A stretch of DNA of 64,000 bases from Puniceicoccaceae bacterium (GTDB lineage: Bacteria > Verrucomicrobiota > Verrucomicrobiia > Opitutales > JAFGAQ01). The stretch covers positions 734,184 to 798,183 of the forward strand of contig JANQOQ010000006.1 of the NCBI GenBank assembly GCA_028285755.1, read 5' to 3'. The notes beneath the pieces are model-generated. The model had not been told where the DNA came from. It was given only the letters and a program-made list of their open reading frames with translations, and did not search any database. Of this stretch, positions 60,966 through 64,000 are shown piece after piece; the first letter of the stretch is position 1; every line of letters begins with the position of its first letter. A program made the position numbers and the translations under genes.

Positions 60966-61002
60966 GGAATGCCCTAACCTTTCGGTTAGGGCATTTCCTT
61001 TA
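60966..61002 (+). terminator. Intrinsic terminator/stem-loop after TBDR-2
   Basis: Stem AATGCCCTAACC/GGTTAGGGCATT with TTTC loop, followed by TCCTTT. Confidence 0.75.
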
Positions 61003-61077
61003 AATTCATTTGCATGGATATTGACCATCATAACATCTAGAGGGAAACGACATCTTCCTTATCAAAAAATCAACTTC

Positions 61078-62160
61078 ATGAAAAAAATCATCCTGGCTTT
61101 ACTCCTAACTACTGCCATACATGCGGAACCCTTGAGCGATACTTTGGCTAAGATCTATCCATCCGATAAGCCACTGATCCGACACCTGTGGACCCGTGTT
61201 GCTGACAGTGGGGCTATATTGCGTGGCACGGAAGCTGTTGAGATATCCGCAGACGGCAACCTCGTAGCATCCTGCTCGAAGTTTGGCTACGACGTGATGG
61301 TGTGGCGAGCGGCAGATGGCTCTCTGTTATGGCACTCGCAATCACCGGCAGAGCTCGAAATCGTCTATTTCTCACCTGACAATCAATATTTGGCTTCCGG
61401 GGGTGAAGATTATTATGTGCGCATCTGGGAAGTCGCTACCGGGGAACTTTTACACGAATTAAAACATGATCATGGCCTGGACGGCCTGTGCTGGTCGCAC
61501 GATGGGAATATTTTGGCCTCAGGTTCAGAGGGCGGCGACTTATACCTCTGGAATACTGAAACCTGGACGCTCAAAGACCGGGTTAACGCGGGCACAGTGA
61601 TCAATTCAGTGCAATTCACCTCAGACGATCAACAAATACTGACAGGCGGTAACGAAAAACATCCTGACTTTCCCGCATCCAATAAAGGAATGCGGCTTGG
61701 AACCGTGAAAGTATGGAATACAGCTGACCTATCATTGGCAGAAAATTATCCGGGGCATACCAAATCAGTGAAATCAGCACGCCTATCGACAGATGAGAGC
61801 CTGATCATCAGCGGTTCCTTCGATAATACGATCAAAATTTGGGACCGAACAACCCGTAAAATCAAACACAGCATGGCCATGCCGGGAAATGTGGAGATCG
61901 TAACCTTCTCACCCTGTGGGCATTTCATCTACGTCGGGGGTCAATACCACGGTATATGGGTCTACAGCACCCAGACCTACGAGAAAGTATTGGAAATTGA
62001 AAGCTCGCCGGTTGAGTATATCGACTTCACAAAAAACGGTCGCTTAATGGCCACCGCCCAGGAGAAATCAGGGGTAATCTCACTTTATACCTTTGAGCAT
62101 AAGCAGGGCTTAAGCGGCCAATTTATAAACAGCCTGCTATCAAATCCTGACCTTAACTGA
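61078..62160 (+). CDS. Secreted WD40-repeat beta-propeller protein
   Basis: Signal peptide 'MKKIILALLLTTAIHA'; repeats 'FSPD..LASGGED..VRIWE','GHT..V','ISGSFDNTIKIWD'. Confidence 0.88.
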   Translation: MKKIILALLLTTAIHAEPLSDTLAKIYPSDKPLIRHLWTRVADSGAILRGTEAVEISADGNLVASCSKFGYDVMVWRAADGSLLWHSQSPAELEIVYFSPDNQYLASGGEDYYVRIWEVATGELLHELKHDHGLDGLCWSHDGNILASGSEGGDLYLWNTETWTLKDRVNAGTVINSVQFTSDDQQILTGGNEKHPDFPASNKGMRLGTVKVWNTADLSLAENYPGHTKSVKSARLSTDESLIISGSFDNTIKIWDRTTRKIKHSMAMPGNVEIVTFSPCGHFIYVGGQYHGIWVYSTQTYEKVLEIESSPVEYIDFTKNGRLMATAQEKSGVISLYTFEHKQGLSGQFINSLLSNPDLN

Positions 62161-62364
62161 CCAATTTTTCTACATATTCGGTCACTTCCCCACTAAAAAA
62201 GGGCGCGAAAACACATCCAGAACAAAAGCTTAGCCTGCAAGCGATGTGAATATTATTAACGGGAACTGCAATTTGGACATCTTTGTAGCAGGACGCCTGT
62301 CCTCTAAAGCCTCTCGCGATATTGACTCAATACCCTCTATTTTTGCTATTCGATTTAGCAGAAA

Positions 62365-62398
62365 TAAAAAAGCCCTCACTCCCTAAAGTGAGGGCTTT
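62365..62398 (-). terminator. Intrinsic terminator of TBDR-3
   Basis: Stem AAAGCCCTCACT/AGTGAGGGCTTT with 6-nt loop, T-run on the minus strand. Confidence 0.85.
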
Positions 62399-62423
62399 AT
62401 ACGATACTGTAATATTATTTTAG

Positions 62424-64000
62424 CTAGAATTCAAAGGTGCTGCGTAGCGTCCAGGTCATGGGCGGAGCGATTCTCCAAGCAGAAATCGTCCCGTCCGGGT
62501 TGGTCTCCGCGGGGATTAGCTCATCTCCAACCCCGATATTGCGAACATTGAGCTGAAGAGTCCAATCTATGCCCTTGGAAAGCGCCTTACGGTAACTTAC
62601 CCAGAGGTCATAGTTGGTTTCTGAAGGGCCACGATGGGGCCGGTTCAAATCGGGGATATCCCCCAGATCCGGATCGCGGATGTAACCGGAGCCGATTACC
62701 GAATCCCCTTGGTAACGAATCGCACCCCCTACTCCAAAGTTGGCCAACTTACCCTCCAGGAAGGTATAATTGGTGATCAGATTCAGGCGATGCTCGCGGA
62801 CCTCCGGCTGGCTGAAGCCATCCCGTGCAACCTGCTGGCGAACACGTGTAAAGAAGCCGAGTGAACGCTCCTGAAGGGTTTCACCCTGGCCATCCACGAA
62901 TACCTGACCCGCAGGGCCCTGAATAATGGGCTCGATACGCTGGGCCACTTCGAGCGCATCTCTGGCTGTGTTGCTCGTGACAACTTCCTGTTGTGCGTAG
63001 TTGAGGGCAATTCGCCAGTTACTGAGGGGGTTATAAGTCATTTCAAGCTCGTAACCTTCCGATACCACATCCGTCGTTTGCAACACTACCCCGCCGTAAG
63101 CCAGATGTGTTAGACCCAGATTCGGATCGCTTGGGTTGATAAAAGCCAGATCAAACGCCTCCCTGAGGAAGTTAAAATCATTGGAATTATACCAATCCCT
63201 GAACGCCTGGGCATTCGCCTCATTGCCTACGTTATCACTGTCAATATTGAGCCAGGCTTCGGCCACACCGTCGCGGATAAGCCCATGTAAGGCACCTCTC
63301 ATATCAACACTGGCACCGGCGGTATCACTCTCGTATTTTGCCAGGCGGAAGGATAGCTTGCCATCCAGCGCATCTACGATCACGCCATACTCCTTGGTGT
63401 TTCCACTGGGAGATTCCAGAGGGTCACCATAGATATTTAGGCGTTGGGCAGTCGGTTGAAACGTTTCTGAAGTATTGTAGAACAGACGTGCGTCAATTCC
63501 ATGAAAACGCTCACCGTCCCGCATGGAATCAGGCAGGCGGGCTACCATTCCCCAACTGAAAGTACTTTCCGTAACCTCAAGTTGCGGAGTATCACCCACT
63601 TCTGCAATATCCAGGAAAAACCCGGTCTCATCAGGGGTGGAAGTGGGAGCACGGAAACTCTTGTATTCATCTTCACGCCAACCCAGAGTGCTCACAATGG
63701 CCCCATACAGGAACTCGCTATGCACGATCGCCACCTTGGAATCCAGCTCCTCACGGAAGCTCTGAACCGCACCCCGATTGTTAATCGTGGACTTATCAAA
63801 CTCCTGGTTACGAAACACCTGACTCTCCAGTTGCTGCCATTGGGCGGTTTCCACATTATAGAATCTTACCGGTATGGTCTTTTGATCCGGCAGCTCTGCA
63901 TTAAAACCAACGGCACTGATATGGCCCGCTGTAGGAGTAGTCACCCGATCCCCTAAATACACCATCAGGTCATATTCACGTGCTCCCTGGTGCACCAGCT
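62424..64000 (-). CDS. TonB-dependent receptor, C-terminal half (5'-truncated by window edge; TBDR-3)
   Basis: Frame open at the window end; 'GWRED','NTSETF','SEGYELE','NWRI','QLNVRNI', terminal 'RSTFEF'. Confidence 0.9.
   Translation of the reverse strand, partial: LVHQGAREYDLMVYLGDRVTTPTAGHISAVGFNAELPDQKTIPVRFYNVETAQWQQLESQVFRNQEFDKSTINNRGAVQSFREELDSKVAIVHSEFLYGAIVSTLGWREDEYKSFRAPTSTPDETGFFLDIAEVGDTPQLEVTESTFSWGMVARLPDSMRDGERFHGIDARLFYNTSETFQPTAQRLNIYGDPLESPSGNTKEYGVIVDALDGKLSFRLAKYESDTAGASVDMRGALHGLIRDGVAEAWLNIDSDNVGNEANAQAFRDWYNSNDFNFLREAFDLAFINPSDPNLGLTHLAYGGVVLQTTDVVSEGYELEMTYNPLSNWRIALNYAQQEVVTSNTARDALEVAQRIEPIIQGPAGQVFVDGQGETLQERSLGFFTRVRQQVARDGFSQPEVREHRLNLITNYTFLEGKLANFGVGGAIRYQGDSVIGSGYIRDPDLGDIPDLNRPHRGPSETNYDLWVSYRKALSKGIDWTLQLNVRNIGVGDELIPAETNPDGTISAWRIAPPMTWTLRSTFEF

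Noticed and set aside
62285-62306. GTAG-headed small hairpin resembling a REP element
   Set aside because: Single degenerate copy and no RAYT transposase in the window

Overview
A gene-dense bacterial chromosomal segment. I infer a Verrucomicrobiota/Opitutales-like organism from the style of the TonB-dependent receptors (TBDRs; 'NIF.MSPF.VST...TLAG.RL' N-termini), the ECF sigma factors and the DnaA 'GRDHGTV' motif. In order: the 3' part of dnaA coupled to an unknown gene, a hydrolase, ligA and htpG; a chemosensory operon with no chemoreceptor in the window (cheW-STAS-cheA-cheB-cheR-cheY-HDOD), divergent from a REC protein and a REC-PP2C-kinase partner-switch fusion, with twin sigma28-like promoters between them; an SLC13 transporter, a CBS-domain hybrid kinase with PHO-box-like repeats, fbaA and a 2-hydroxyacid dehydrogenase; a glycan biosynthesis region (7 glycosyltransferases, 2 sulfotransferases, deacetylase, aminotransferase, 2 methyltransferases) split by a ~10 kb carbohydrate-catabolic block; two mirror-image ECF sigma/FecR/TBDR cassettes, a secreted WD40 protein and the 3' half of a third TBDR. 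No rRNA, tRNA, CRISPR array or IS element was recognised. Most notable: both complete TBDRs contain a second in-frame ATG with its own signal peptide behind the STN signalling domain; five different glycosyltransferases carry the same C-terminal Rossmann-like domain; a deacetylase sits beside an NDST-like sulfotransferase; and the che operon may be linked to a partner switch. All calls come from reading motifs by eye, without database searches.
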